A stretch of 63,051 nucleotides of DNA, counting the filler, from Pelomyxa schiedti (lineage: Eukaryota; Protista; Evosea), in the NCBI GenBank assembly GCA_020536535.1. It is 6 parts of 6 records of this genome, joined end to end, with 100 filler letters (N's around TTAATTAATTAA, not from the genome) between each part and the next. Parts side by side here need not be neighbours in the genome. Positions count along the whole stretch, not along the records: positions 1 to 17,720 come from JAHLWZ010000539.1; 5 more parts are not named here. One strand, written 5' to 3'. A program made the position numbers and the translations under genes. Below, one piece after another: positions 1 through 11,433 of the stretch (within the stretch, counting starts at the first letter, position 1; every line of letters starts with the position of its first letter). A model generated the notes under the pieces. It was given only the letters and a program-made list of their open reading frames with translations, was not told where the DNA came from and did no database searches.

Positions 1-158
1 GCGAATCTTTTGTCGAAGGTGGCCTGCTGTTCCAAGTGAGTGGTTCCCGGCACGAGATACACATGACTGAGGAGTCTTCTGGTGCCCACATTATCACTTT
101 CCAGTTGTTTGAGCAACTTGACACCTTTGAAGATTGGTGGTCATTCCTTCTCTCTTAA
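1..158 (+). CDS. 3' end of a member of the expanded intronless beta-rich family (partial)
   Basis: Frame from nt 3 reads ESFVEGGLLFQVSGSRHEIHMTEESSGAHIITFQLF...LLS* (TAA 156-158). It resembles the family C-terminus (GL/GF..., then E/D-x-x-S/T-G-x-x-hydrophobic) of 28526-29803, 45596-46741 and 52423-52755. Confidence 0.55.
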   Translation, partial: ESFVEGGLLFQVSGSRHEIHMTEESSGAHIITFQLFEQLDTFEDWWSFLLS

Positions 159-269
159 AGGTGTCTTCCTTTTCTTTTGACAATTTCCGCGAAAAAAAGT
201 GGAAAAGTTTTTGATTGACCTCACAGCGGCATCGGTTCGTGAGACATAAAAAACAAAGTAATTTTGGAT

Positions 270-2517
270 TCAAGGCACGTGTAGGTTGTTGTCAATGAGC
301 CAGCACCTTAGGAAATATCCTCCAGAAATATTGCATAAGCCGGCAATGTCCTCCATTTTCACATCAGGGAAGTGCCGCAGTGTGAACCGTGCAATGACTG
401 GTGAATGGCACACAAGCTTCAGGAACTTCTCCTTGATGTGGGCGGCTGTGATGGCTGGGAACACTTCAACAATCATCTGCCATGTTGCCAAGTCAAACCC
501 GCTGAGGGACCCCCATGACAACATCAAAACCTGACAAAAAAAGTTAAACTGTCATTGTGGTGGTGTCGATTTGGAATTGTACCTCTTCAAGTGTGATGTC
601 AAACTTGTTGATGAGCCACTCTGCACAGCACTCTTTTCCAAATGATATCAGTGTGCGCAGGATGCTGTTGTTTTCGAGTGTGATGTGTTCGCGCTCAAGT
701 TTAAACTGTGTGACAAGCCACCTCACAGTTTTGCTGGATACCCCGCTCGTTGCACTTGAAAGGCACCTTGCTACATTGTCCTTGGTGAATCCATGGCCGC
801 TGTCCATCATGGACACAATCCTTTTTACTTGTGGAAGAGAATCACCGTGGTGAATGCATTCCCTGAGGGCAAGTGTGAGGAGTTCTGACCTTTCTCGTTC
901 AGGGATCATTGGGAACTTCTCAAGGAGAAGGAGGGCTGCGCTGGTTGATTTTGGGTTGCGCAAAAGCTCTCCAACACAGTCCACCACCAACCCTGTTTCG
1001 GAGGGATGAATACCTTTGAAATTCAAGTGACACATTGGCCACTCAAGACCCACATCTCTGTAAACGGGCATCACTCCACACACCCTCACAAGGAGTTTCC
1101 CTGCAGCTGCGGCTCCTTGATACTGGTCTAAGATGTGGTGGGAATCTTCCAACCATGATGCAATTGCTGTGTTGCCGTGGGCCAACGCCGTTACAAATGA
1201 GTTGCCAAGGTCGGCTTTGGACAGTTCCACTTTGGTTGACAACCACTTCACCAGCTGTGTGCTTTGGTGGAAGGCCTTGCATGCTGCAAGGAATAGCGAT
1301 GGTGTTGCCGTGATCGAGTTGCCTTCCACAAAGAACTTGACAAACTCAAGTCCCTCTCTTCTTCCACAGAGTGTCTCCACCATTTCACTGGTGGGAACCA
1401 TGTCGAATTCAGAAAGAATCCACTTCAACACGTCAAGCCTTCTTACGTAACGACACTCCATTGGCCCAGGGGGGAAAGGCACCTCAAGGTGCTTTCTCAC
1501 GTACTGACAAACTTCTAGGCTGCTTGACTTTCCCCAAATGCAGCTCATAAAGCCCAAGGATGGAGATGCACCCACTTGAGGAAAGGTTTCAAAGCACCAC
1601 TTGATAACCTCCAGGTTCCCACTACTGCACGCCTTCGAGTGGAGATCCAGGCCAATGGTGGTCTCGTAACTTGTGAACCTTCCCACCAAGTCAAAGGTGC
1701 CAACCATCCACTGAGCCAACTCCAGGTGGCCCCATTCCAGAGCACCCTCAAGTGGTTGCACAAACTCCCACGGCTCCCTGATTCCAAACCTCTGGACCAG
1801 CCACTTTGCCACGTCAATCCACCCCCTCTCACACACTCCCATCAGAATTTCGGTTTCCCTGACACGATCAGACAGCTCCTGGATGGCCCCCGAATCCCTG
1901 TCCCTTCCATTCCAATTTCCCTCAGTCCCACTCCCACCAACAGCCAGGTCCAAATCACTCCCATCGACACCCTTCCAGGTGAGGCCATGCCACCCACCAC
2001 CAACGAGCCTCTGGGCCTCCGCCAGGTGTCCACCCACACACAACCCCCCAAGGACACACAGGAACTCCTTGTTCTCCCTCCTCCTCATGCCCCTCATTGT
2101 CATTCTCTCACGTCTACACATTACACTGGCCTCTCCCTCTCCCTCTCCCTCTCCCGCTCGCTGTGGCTCTGCTGCCTCCTCCTCGCCGCCGCCGTCGTCC
2201 TTCGTCGTCCTCCTCCTCGATGCGATGAGCCAGTCCACGCACGACGTGCTGGCGGCCTCGGCTGCGGCGAGCAGCGCCGAGTACCATTTGTTGGGGGTGC
2301 GGGCCACGAGGGCCCTGCGCACGAGGCCCCTGAGCGGGAACATCGCCTCGCCCACCACGCACAGCGCCACCGCGTGCTTCAGAGGCAGCGGCGCCTCGCG
2401 CATGCCGCTCATCTCGGGCACCAGCCACGCCACCACCGAGTCCCACACCACGCGAGACACCATCACGGCGCGCGACAGCCCCATCTGCCTCGTGGTGGTA
2501 CTGCTCGCCGCCGTCAT
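270..2517 (-). CDS. Degenerate ankyrin-like repeat protein of a lineage-expanded family; 2 exons (intron 531-582)
   Basis: 657-aa ORF with ankyrin-like units (ALEWGHLELAQWMV, ACSSGNLEVIKWCF, ALAHGNTAIASWL). A phase-0 GT..AG intron joins ITLEE to VLMLSWGSLSGFDLATW... ending at 270. Paralog at 17821-18964. Confidence 0.75.
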
Positions 2518-2667
2518 CTACCTGATTTCACACTTGTAGGTCCAAGAACTAAAAATTACATCATTGTCAGAATATTTATCGGAGCTGTTGTACTACAGTT
2601 TTCAGCCTTTGATAAATCCATCAAATCCTGTAAGAACAGGTTTTTCCTGTGTCTGTCTGTTGGTGTG

Positions 2668-5108
2668 CTAAGTTCTTAGTTTGTGTGGGGGTGTAATGAG
2701 ATTGATGTGTGATTTTGCTTGCATAATGGCGTCACGGGCCAACGAGGTGAGGTGGGTGCCTGTCGGAGTTGCTACACATGCACAGGTTGTGCTGCTGCTG
2801 CTTGGGGGTTGTTGCTCTTGTTCTTGTTGGTGAATGTTCTGGTGTGAATGCATTCTGATGCTGCTAGTGTGGAGGGTGAATTCCGGGCCATACAGTGGCC
2901 AGTACTCGTGTTCTGGAATGTGTTCCGGCAGTTGGGGTAGAGGAGGGTGGCTTGCAGGATATATATCTTCTGGTACAGTTGCGGTGTTGCTGCTGGTGCC
3001 GCCATCATGCACCAATGTTGGTCTGTTGTTGGAATCGTTGCTGTGGTGTTCGGGTGTTTCTGGGCTACCGTCCGCAACTGAGTTGATGGCCACAGAGGTG
3101 CACAATGCGTAACACCGGGCGGAATTCACATCGTTGTAACTGTGGGGGCCTAAGTACAAAAGGAGGGAAAGAAGTAGTTACATACCCACCTCCCCCAAGC
3201 AACAGAGTTGGTATTTTCCACCCCAATACAATAGCGATACACTTGGCAATGCCATCGATGGTCATGTTCCACCCACCGATTGGATCTTCAGCAAGGGTGT
3301 CCACTCCGCTTCAAAGATATTAGAACGTCTACAAGTGAATGTCCATGTTATACCAAGTGAGCACAAGTACTTTGGGCACAAACTTTTCTTTTGCGGCCGA
3401 TACAACTGCCTCAAACACTTGAATGTATGTGCTGTCATCCATGTTCTCGGTTGGAAGGGGAACATTAATGTCTGCATACATAGAATGATGACAACTGTAC
3501 AAAGTGGTGGTTGGATACACACTGAAGTGAGAGCCCTTTGAAGATCCGCTTTCTGATGCCTGTCCAGTACCAGGGAAGAAACCGGGAAGGAATTTATGAA
3601 ATGAAATTTTCAGAACGTGGTCACTACAATAAAAGGCATCCTGTACACCTTGAATCCGAACGTTAAAAAGCGAAGGAGGTATGCATGGCCGAACCATCTG
3701 CATGATGTATATCAATGTCAATGTACATCACACGAGAGAAATGCTGTTGCAGCAACAGTATGCCCAAAACAACATCTGATACAAGAATGTGAAAAGGAAA
3801 GTGGGGCTTGGATAAAAACCATTAACGTAACAAAAACCAGATGCGCTGTGCCTATTTCATTGTTTGGTGACAAAGAATAAAACTGTTTGAGGTATTATAA
3901 GAAAAAGAACAACTCACGCTGTGGCATCTGAGTTGGATTATTTATACAGTATAAACTGAGTGAGATATGTCCTCTGACCAAAGAAAGAGAAACGAACATA
4001 CGATGTCTGCCTCCGTTCCAGTGAATGGAAATGGAAGATCGTCCATGAATTAGTTCCCGGCAAGCCTTAAAAGAATGGTTTGAGAATGGAAACAAGAGTA
4101 CAATTACCTGCAATGTTCCACCAGCAATGGCGAGGCAGTAATCAAATAACCTTATTTTTAGTAATAAATCAGAAGAAAGGCCACAAATAAAAAATGTCAC
4201 ACCGAGGGAAGACTTCACAGTCATCACATAGTCCATACAAATCCAGTTTCTTTGACAATTTACTTTTCTTCTTTGTGCTCTTGGAGTCTTCTCCTTCCTC
4301 ACTGCTGCACTTTTTCAAGAAACTCACATAATCAGACGTGTGGAACTGCAACAATTCTTGCTCTGTTGCCAACTTGCATGGAACTGCCCTGTGATTTGGT
4401 TTTTTTATAGTGCCTGTTAATTGTTGCTTCTAAAGAGCCAGATCCAGCACCTCATTTTGGGCAACAATCGGTAAGCAGCAACCAATCCATGTATCAACGC
4501 CACCTGGTGAAACAATCACCTTGTAAATAATTTCTAAACTAATACATTACTTATAATAAATTTATAAATTAATGTGCACATAAAGTGACTTCCAAAAAAA
4601 AAAAAAACAAACAAACAGAACAAACAAACCAACAACAGGAACTACTACTCACGCGGTTCCTTATGACCTCAGGAGCAGATTCACACCACCACAACCCCCC
4701 ACCCCCCCCACAACTAGGAGGGGGAGCCGGTGATGCATCATGCATTATGGGAACCACATACGACACCTCGTTGCGGGCGACCACCTTGGCCCGCACCACG
4801 CCGCCGCCGCCGCCGCCGCCGCCGCCGCTGCTGCTGCTGCTCCTGCCCGCTCCCGGTCCTCCCCCGTTGGTCGCCGGACCCTCGGCGCTGCCCTCCTCCA
4901 CCCTCGCGTCGTCTTCCGCCGCGCATCGTCTCCTCTTTTGTGTGCTCATGATGCCCTTTGGCGGTGGCGACGCGGGCGTGGGCGGGGCGAGCACTGCGAC
5001 GCAGGCTGGCTCGCGGTCACCACCCTCATGGGAGAGGAAAACCGGCGTCGTGGTGGTAGTTGTGGTGGTGGCAGTATTGCCCTGTTGGTCCAACAATGCT
5101 CCAGACAT
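2668..5108 (-). CDS. HDAC8: Class I histone deacetylase, HDAC8-like; multi-exon
   Basis: Spliced motifs: [125 protein letters not shown]. Confidence 0.92.
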
Positions 5109-5192
5109 CACGTCAGTCTTTGGATGGATGAGAAAGTGATGACCCCGATAAACCACTCACACAAGCCGCCTTTATGGCAACAACAAGTTATA

Positions 5193-6128
5193 TTAATATA
5201 AAAACACAGGATGACCAGGCTGCTCAGAGCGTGGGAGTGTGCAATTGAGATCAAATGCCTTGCTCAGAATAACTGTGAAAATGGAACTGATATTGACACC
5301 AATCAAAGATGAGCAATAAATCAGTGGTGACTTCATTGCTCCTGCAAACCTTTTAGCCTTTTTTGTTCCAGTAATAAGCCAATTGAATGTATTGAAAAAC
5401 ATGCCTGTTTTGTGACTTCATCCTGAAACTCAGCTGGTTGTGTGGCAAACAAATCCCATTTTGTTCCAATCAACAATGGTATTGCAGTCTTTTGAGGAGG
5501 TATTCATTGTGGATGTTGGGGAATGAATACCTTGTTCAGAAGCCGCACATGGCGGTACCATTCCTTTATGCTGGTCAAAGTCTCTTTTCGGGACAGGTCA
5601 AAGAGAAAGAGCACAGCAACTGTAATGATGTGTTATCATAACAGTGAAGAGCCTACACACCGGCATTGTCACATGCAAGAGGTAACATCGAAAGAAAGTC
5701 TCTCTGTCCTGTGTGGGATCAAGAGGGTCAAAGTAAATGTAATTCAAACCTAAAATATCCAACATTGTGAAAGTACATCGTTTATTGTGGATAACAAGAG
5801 TTTTTTCCATGCAACTTCCAACTGATTAGAATTAAATGTAGCTACAAAACAAAAAGGCGAACCACTGCTGGTGCCGATGATGTAATCCTCCCCAAAAGTT
5901 CCCTCCATACCTGCCTTACAATGTAAGTTTACAACGGGTTTCTGCCCAGAGAAACACAATGGCATGGCAAATAACATTGCAACATGCCGTACCACCACCA
6001 ACGCATCTTTCCAACAAAGTCCCCAACCTGCACGCCAGGCGGTATCTATTTTCGTTATTCTTCACGGAAACAACCACTCACTTTGAGGCTCCGCACCAAC
6101 CGCACTCATCGATTACCGTTGCTGCCAT
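5193..6128 (-). CDS. Spg1/Tem1-family small GTPase homologue with degenerate P-loop (pseudo-GTPase or pseudogene); about 8 exons
   Basis: Spliced product: MEKTLVIHNKRCTFTMLDILGQRDFLSMLPLACDNAVAVLFLFDLSRKETLTSIKEWYRHVRLLNKTAIPLLIGTKWDLF..EVTKQAKRFAGAMKSPLIYCSS..VNISSIFTVILSKAFDL..PGHPVFLY*. This is colinear with Spg1/Tem1. The start is uncertain. Confidence 0.85.
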
Positions 6129-6206
6129 CAACCAAATCCGTTATGAGTGATTTCCCTGAAAAAAACTCCCAGTCGTCGGACAGGTTGGCGAGCCACACGC
6201 ACACAC

Positions 6207-7085
6207 ATGAGGCACCACCACCACCAACGCGGACGTGCAGTCACGGTGGCGCCAGTGTTGCACTATCAAACATCAGACACCCACACATCTACCACAAGCA
6301 CGACACTGGAGACGCTGGAAGTTACCACAACACTCACGACAAGGGCCACCACGACGGTCACTAGGAGGAACCCCACCACGAGAGAGCAGCTGGCTGCCCT
6401 GGCGGCCGGTACCCACCCTCGCTGCGGCTCCCTGTCAACTATTATGGGATGGTGCGGATGCGATGGCGATTGCGCTCTTGTTGTGAGGGTGCTGTGGGAG
6501 TGGCTGATGGACAACGCGAGGTTCTACTGCGTGAAGTGGGTGGCTGAGAAGTGCAAAATCGGTGTAATGATGATCACTTTTGGGGTGTCACCTGACCTGC
6601 TGACACTGACACATGAAACGAGGTGGTGGGCGGAAAGGAAGGGCGACGTGCTTTTGGCCGCCAACGAGGAATACGTGGTTCTGATAAGAGGAGCCCTTTT
6701 CTGCCTGCAGGACAGGGTGACTGGTCAGATGGTAAGGCTGGTTGAAAGACAGGATGTTTCTTTCTCTGCAAGTTGGAAGTGGATGGTGTTGTGCGACCCC
6801 AAATCAAGGGAGATGATTGTTGTTGAGATTCCAAAGAAGAGCAAAAGTGGTCCAACAACTATCAAGATTCCAACGGTGGTTCCACTTGACACAGGCAAAG
6901 GAACGTGGGAGTACTGCTTCCCAGAAATTGTAGTAGCTGACAATGGAGATCATGTCCTGCTGTTGTTTGAGGATCCCAACATATTTTTTGAGATTGTTGT
7001 GGTGGACCTTGTGCAAACGTGTTCATCCAAGGCACTGGCTGTGTTGAGTTCAGCTGTTCCACGGTCTTGGTGCCTTTATCGATGA
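6207..7085 (+). CDS. Intronless family member (F-box-like N-terminus plus beta-rich body), C-terminally truncated
   Basis: REQLAALAAGTHPRCG..VVRVLWEW..ITFGVS..SWKW..VDLVQTCSSKALAVLS. It stops about 120 aa earlier than paralogs. Close paralog at 16951. Confidence 0.7.
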   Translation: MRHHHHQRGRAVTVAPVLHYQTSDTHTSTTSTTLETLEVTTTLTTRATTTVTRRNPTTREQLAALAAGTHPRCGSLSTIMGWCGCDGDCALVVRVLWEWLMDNARFYCVKWVAEKCKIGVMMITFGVSPDLLTLTHETRWWAERKGDVLLAANEEYVVLIRGALFCLQDRVTGQMVRLVERQDVSFSASWKWMVLCDPKSREMIVVEIPKKSKSGPTTIKIPTVVPLDTGKGTWEYCFPEIVVADNGDHVLLLFEDPNIFFEIVVVDLVQTCSSKALAVLSSAVPRSWCLYR

Positions 7086-7380
7086 TTTCTCTTTTCTCTC
7101 TGGAACTTCCTAATGCCGGCGTTGTGCCACACCACTGTGTTTTTCTATCTGTTGGGACACGTTTTGGCCGGTACTTGTTTGGGTTCAAAGAATGTTATCC
7201 TTTTCACTCGCCTGGTTTCACTCACCGCAACCGCGCTCCCATAAGTACTGGCCGCCGCCCTCAACAACGGGCACCGCGAGCCGCAGCGGGGGGCGCAACC
7301 CCCAACTTGGTCCCTAGGGTTGTCGCTGTTTCGGGACAGTCGTTAAAAAGCAAAACAAAAAATCGAGACCTATGTTGGGA

Positions 7381-9983
7381 TCATAGGAAAAGTTTTTGCT
7401 TTTCTTGGATGGGTGCACGGCAGAAAGGGCACTTCCTCACGTTGGATGCACACTGTCTGTTGTTAGAAAATGCACAAAACAGGAAACACACACCTCTGCA
7501 CATAGTACACCGTGCCCACATGGGTGAAAGCGAACATTGCGAGGCCTCTCATCACACACAATGCACTGCATGTTGTTACTTTCAGTGACTGTTGTGCCCT
7601 GACAACAGCTGTCTCCCTCCCATTTCCATCCCCCTGACCCACTTTCTGTGACAGGTTTTGTTGCACTTACCCCAGTGGATCCTGGGAGTGTGGGCTGCAG
7701 GTTGTTGGAACTCTCTATGTTGCTTGAAGAACTTGAATTGCTGCTGGCAGTTGTCACCTTGGCAAACATTATGGTCATGATAGCCTGCTGTGCGTGTGGT
7801 AGCAACTCTGGGAGCTCAGACCAAACGGCTGGACATGACAAGAAGCACTCCTCACCTTCAAGTCCATGTTTCAGCATGTATTTGTGCTGGTACTCCCGGT
7901 TAAGGACCTGGCAGGCACCCAAGAGGTCCTCAAGTTCCTTACGTAGGTTACCTCCTAGAACAAGCTGTGCAGTGCATTCTTTGAGGAACCTCGTGTGATC
8001 CTCAGAAACCTTGTTGCACTCCTCAAATGTGCAGCCTTGCACCTGAAGCAGTGTGTCTGTAAGACTTCTTAACAACGGAAAAGGTGCTGACTGTTCAGTG
8101 GGAATTTGTTCTGGCCTAATTTGTTCCCAGGGTTTCAGTAACATCAAGTTTTTGGTATCTGTGAGTAGTTGAATATTTTGGAACTAATTTGTAGGTACCT
8201 TTCGATGGTACGAGGCCTTCAGTGCCTCCCTCTCTGTCACAGGGTTTCACTTCCAAAATCTTCTTTGTTAGCATCGATATGTTCCTTGAACACTGATGGA
8301 TTTCAGACTCACTGCTATGGACTGTAAGTGTCTGCCCAAGAAGTACCTTACAGCTCAAAGCAGACTCATTGATTTCATTTGTCAGTGTTTCTTTCAGCGT
8401 TGTAAGCTCCCTCAAGTTCCCTTCTAGGATCTCATTCTGTTCAGTAGTAACTTTAAGGCACTGCTTCAACTGTGTCACTGGTTCATCCAGTAAAAGCAAT
8501 TCCTGAGCGGCATGTTTCAATTGAGATTGAAACTGTGAGGCTAATTTGAAGGCTGAGTTCAGTTCACACAGTGACTTGCTTAAAAATTCGCTATTATTTT
8601 CAAAGCCATCGATCACATTTTGTAGGTCACTTTCCTCATGTTTAAGTATTTCTTTTGACATTTTCTTTACAGTGAGGGGAAAAGTGAGACTAAAATGACT
8701 GGAACGTATTTGAGGTGTTGAATACCTCCATTTTCCTCTGTGTCATGTTCAATTTTTCCACCAGTTGCCTTTTTTCTTCACTCCATTGATTTTTCTCTTT
8801 CAAGTGGCCTTCCTTTGCCCTCTGTTTTTTTATAAGTTTTTGGAGAGAAGACAGTGTATACCTCCAAAATTCGTTTGTGGCCTAACTGTGGCAATGAGGA
8901 TCCCATCTGATGCGAGCCAACAGCCTCAACTCCCTGAAAGGTATTACTGTGGAGTATGCCCTTGAAAACTTCGCTCTTCTCTCCGCTTGCTGGTGAGAGT
9001 GACAATGTCCCCTCACCGTGGTACTTCCCGCCTTGCGCTTGGGTGAATATGCCAGTGAACTTGTCCCCATTTGGCCACGCCATTGTCCCCTTCTGTGGGA
9101 CACCCTTTTCCCACACACCAACGAACGAGGAACCATCCCTGGCCCAGAACTTCGCGCCCTTTCCATTCTCCTTTCCCATGTCCCAGTTCCCTTCATACCT
9201 GTCACCATTGGACCACAGCCTCACACCGTTCCCGTGGAACTTGTCGCCCCTCCATTCTCCAGAATAGCAGCCACCGCAGGCTTTACTGCCGCCATCACCC
9301 ACGTTCTTGTTGTCCCCACCAAACATCATTCTCCCCACGCCGCACTTCTGCCCCTGCACAAACTCCCCACAGTACACATCACCACTCTCCTCCGACCTCC
9401 ACGTCCCATTACCGTGCATCTTATCCCCGTGCCACTCGCCCTCATACACAGTCACCATCCCAGCCCCAGTCCCAGTCCCAGCAGCTTTTTTCCTCATGAC
9501 TCCCCAGCCCTGCATCACATGCTGGCCCAGATCCTCGCTCCACGCCCAGTCGCCGCTGCGGGTGACGGCGCCTCGCCCCCATGTGCCGCGGACCCAGTGG
9601 CCGTCGCGCCAGAGGCCCTCCCATCGCTCGCCATCCTCCTCGCCCGGGGAGCAGCGCTGGGAGCCCCAGCCGTCGCGGGCGCCGCGGTGCCACTCGCCCT
9701 CGCACACGTCGCCGTCGGGGGAGCGGTACGCCCCGCGGCCGTGCATCGACCCGTCGCGCCACTCCCCGTCGTAGGTGTGCCCCGGGGCCTGGCGCGGCGA
9801 CGAGACGTGCCAGGCGTCGGGCGGGGGCAGCGGCCACGTGTACTTGCCTACTCCGTCGCGCTGGTCGTTGACTAGCCTTCCTGTGTACACCCCGTCGTCG
9901 TCCGCGTGGTTTTCGACAAAAGACACTGTGTTGCACGCCATAACGTTGGTTTTAACAGAAGCTTCAAGGGTTAAAGAACTCAT
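7381..9983 (-). CDS. MORN-repeat, coiled-coil, C-terminal RING-HC protein (putative E3 ligase); multi-exon
   Basis: MORN units (YDGEWRDGSMHGRG, YEGEWHGDKMHGNG, YEGNWDMGKENGKG) and coiled coil 8116-8661. Spliced RING CIVCDERPRNVRFHPCGHGVLCAE|CASNVRKCPFCR (intron 7453-7493); stop at 7381. Confidence 0.85.
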
Positions 9984-10104
9984 GGAAGGGAAAACCCCTT
10001 GTCTATGAAGTTGTGGGTCAGAGTTGCTCGCATTGCCACTTGTCTGCAAAGTGTGGGCGAGATGGAGACAGAAATCACAAGGGAAAAATCATTCACTAGA
10101 ACAA

Positions 10105-11346
10105 ATGAGCGACTCGTCATCAGAGAGCGACGGCGACCGCGTGAGCAGGGTGAGGCCGCCGCCGTCGTCGCGGCACGACCGAGGAGGGGACCGCGAACGG
10201 GACCGCGGCCGAGGCGGCGGCAGTGGCGGGGACAGGGGGCGCGGCGGCCGCAGCGGCAGAGGCGGAGGAGGAGGGGGGGACAGAGACAGATACAACAGGG
10301 ACACCGAGAGGGAGAGGGGAGGGGATAGGCCCAGGGACAGAGACCGCGACAGGGAGAGGGAGAGGGACAAGGGGAGGAGGGACCGGGACCGCGAGGCGGA
10401 CAGCACGAGCAGGAGTAGGAGCAGAAGCCGAAGCAGGGAGAGGGACCGCGAGAGGGAGAGGGAGAAGGAGAGGGAGCGAGACAGGGAGAGGGAGCGGGAG
10501 CGAGAGAGGGACAACGAGAGGGAGAGGGACCGGGACCGGGCCAGGGAGAGGGAGAGGGACGCCGCTTCCCTCGCTGCCGCCGCCGCCGCCGCTGCTGCTG
10601 ATAAGTGCGTTCCCTATCCCCCCTTGTGCTTGGGGTTTTTTTTTCCCCCCAACAAACAATATATTCATTAATTAATAAATAAATAATCTCATTCCTTTGT
10701 TTTTTAATTTTATTTGGTGTTTGCGCTCACAACTTTCGCTTGTTTGAAATACACACAGGGCAAAGTAATTTTGTCTCCTTCTTTCTATTGGTGTGTGTTT
10801 TGTGTTAGAGACTCCCTCAAATTGAATAACGCTTGAAGGAAGCACGGCTCACCGGAAAGAAAGCGCCCTCGCGTAGATTCTCTTGGGGACCCTTCTGGTA
10901 TGCCAGGTAGCACTACCACAACTACCCAGTCGAGCTCTGGCGCAGCACAGGCTCATGGTCCCAAGCAGTATGTATACAAAAAGAGGGATTCCGGAAATGC
11001 TAATATACCCAAGTGGGAAAGGGAAGCAACTTCCTCCATCCAAAAAGAAGCGCAATAGGCGAGGAAAGAAGAAGGATGCGCCAGCTCCCCCTCCTGAACC
11101 GGGCACTGAGGAGTAAGCCTTTCATTATAAAGCAATGACTCACTTCTTCATACCTGCAGGTATGTGATGCAGAACAGCGGACTACCAATAGGCTTTGGTT
11201 CTACTAAAGGAAAGCAAGTCGAAGGCAATGATGTTGGAATTGCGAAGATAAAAGCCAATCGGAGCTACCGGCAATACATGAACAGAAGGGGAGGCTTCAA
11301 TAGACCTTTGGACCCTGAACCAGGTCACCCCAAGAGGCTCAAGTAA
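10105..11346 (+). CDS. SNRNP27: U4/U6.U5 tri-snRNP 27 kDa protein; multi-exon
   Basis: RS/RD/RE-rich N-terminus and diagnostic C-terminus [37 protein letters not shown]. Confidence 0.9.
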
Positions 11347-11433
11347 AACCAATCAATATAAGTAGGAAAAAAACAAAACAAAAACAAAAACCCCAGTGGG
11401 TGCTTTCTCTTTACATGCAATGTTCTTTTTATT

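Noticed and set aside
1576-2679. Long antisense or alternative-frame ORFs (also 9018-9875, 16063-16938, 23291-24028, 47198-47884)
   Set aside because: These are shadows of GC-rich or low-complexity coding sequence on the other strand, with no independent motifs.
10321-10600. GA-rich tandem repeat as a satellite
   Set aside because: It encodes the RE/RD/RS domain of SNRNP27.
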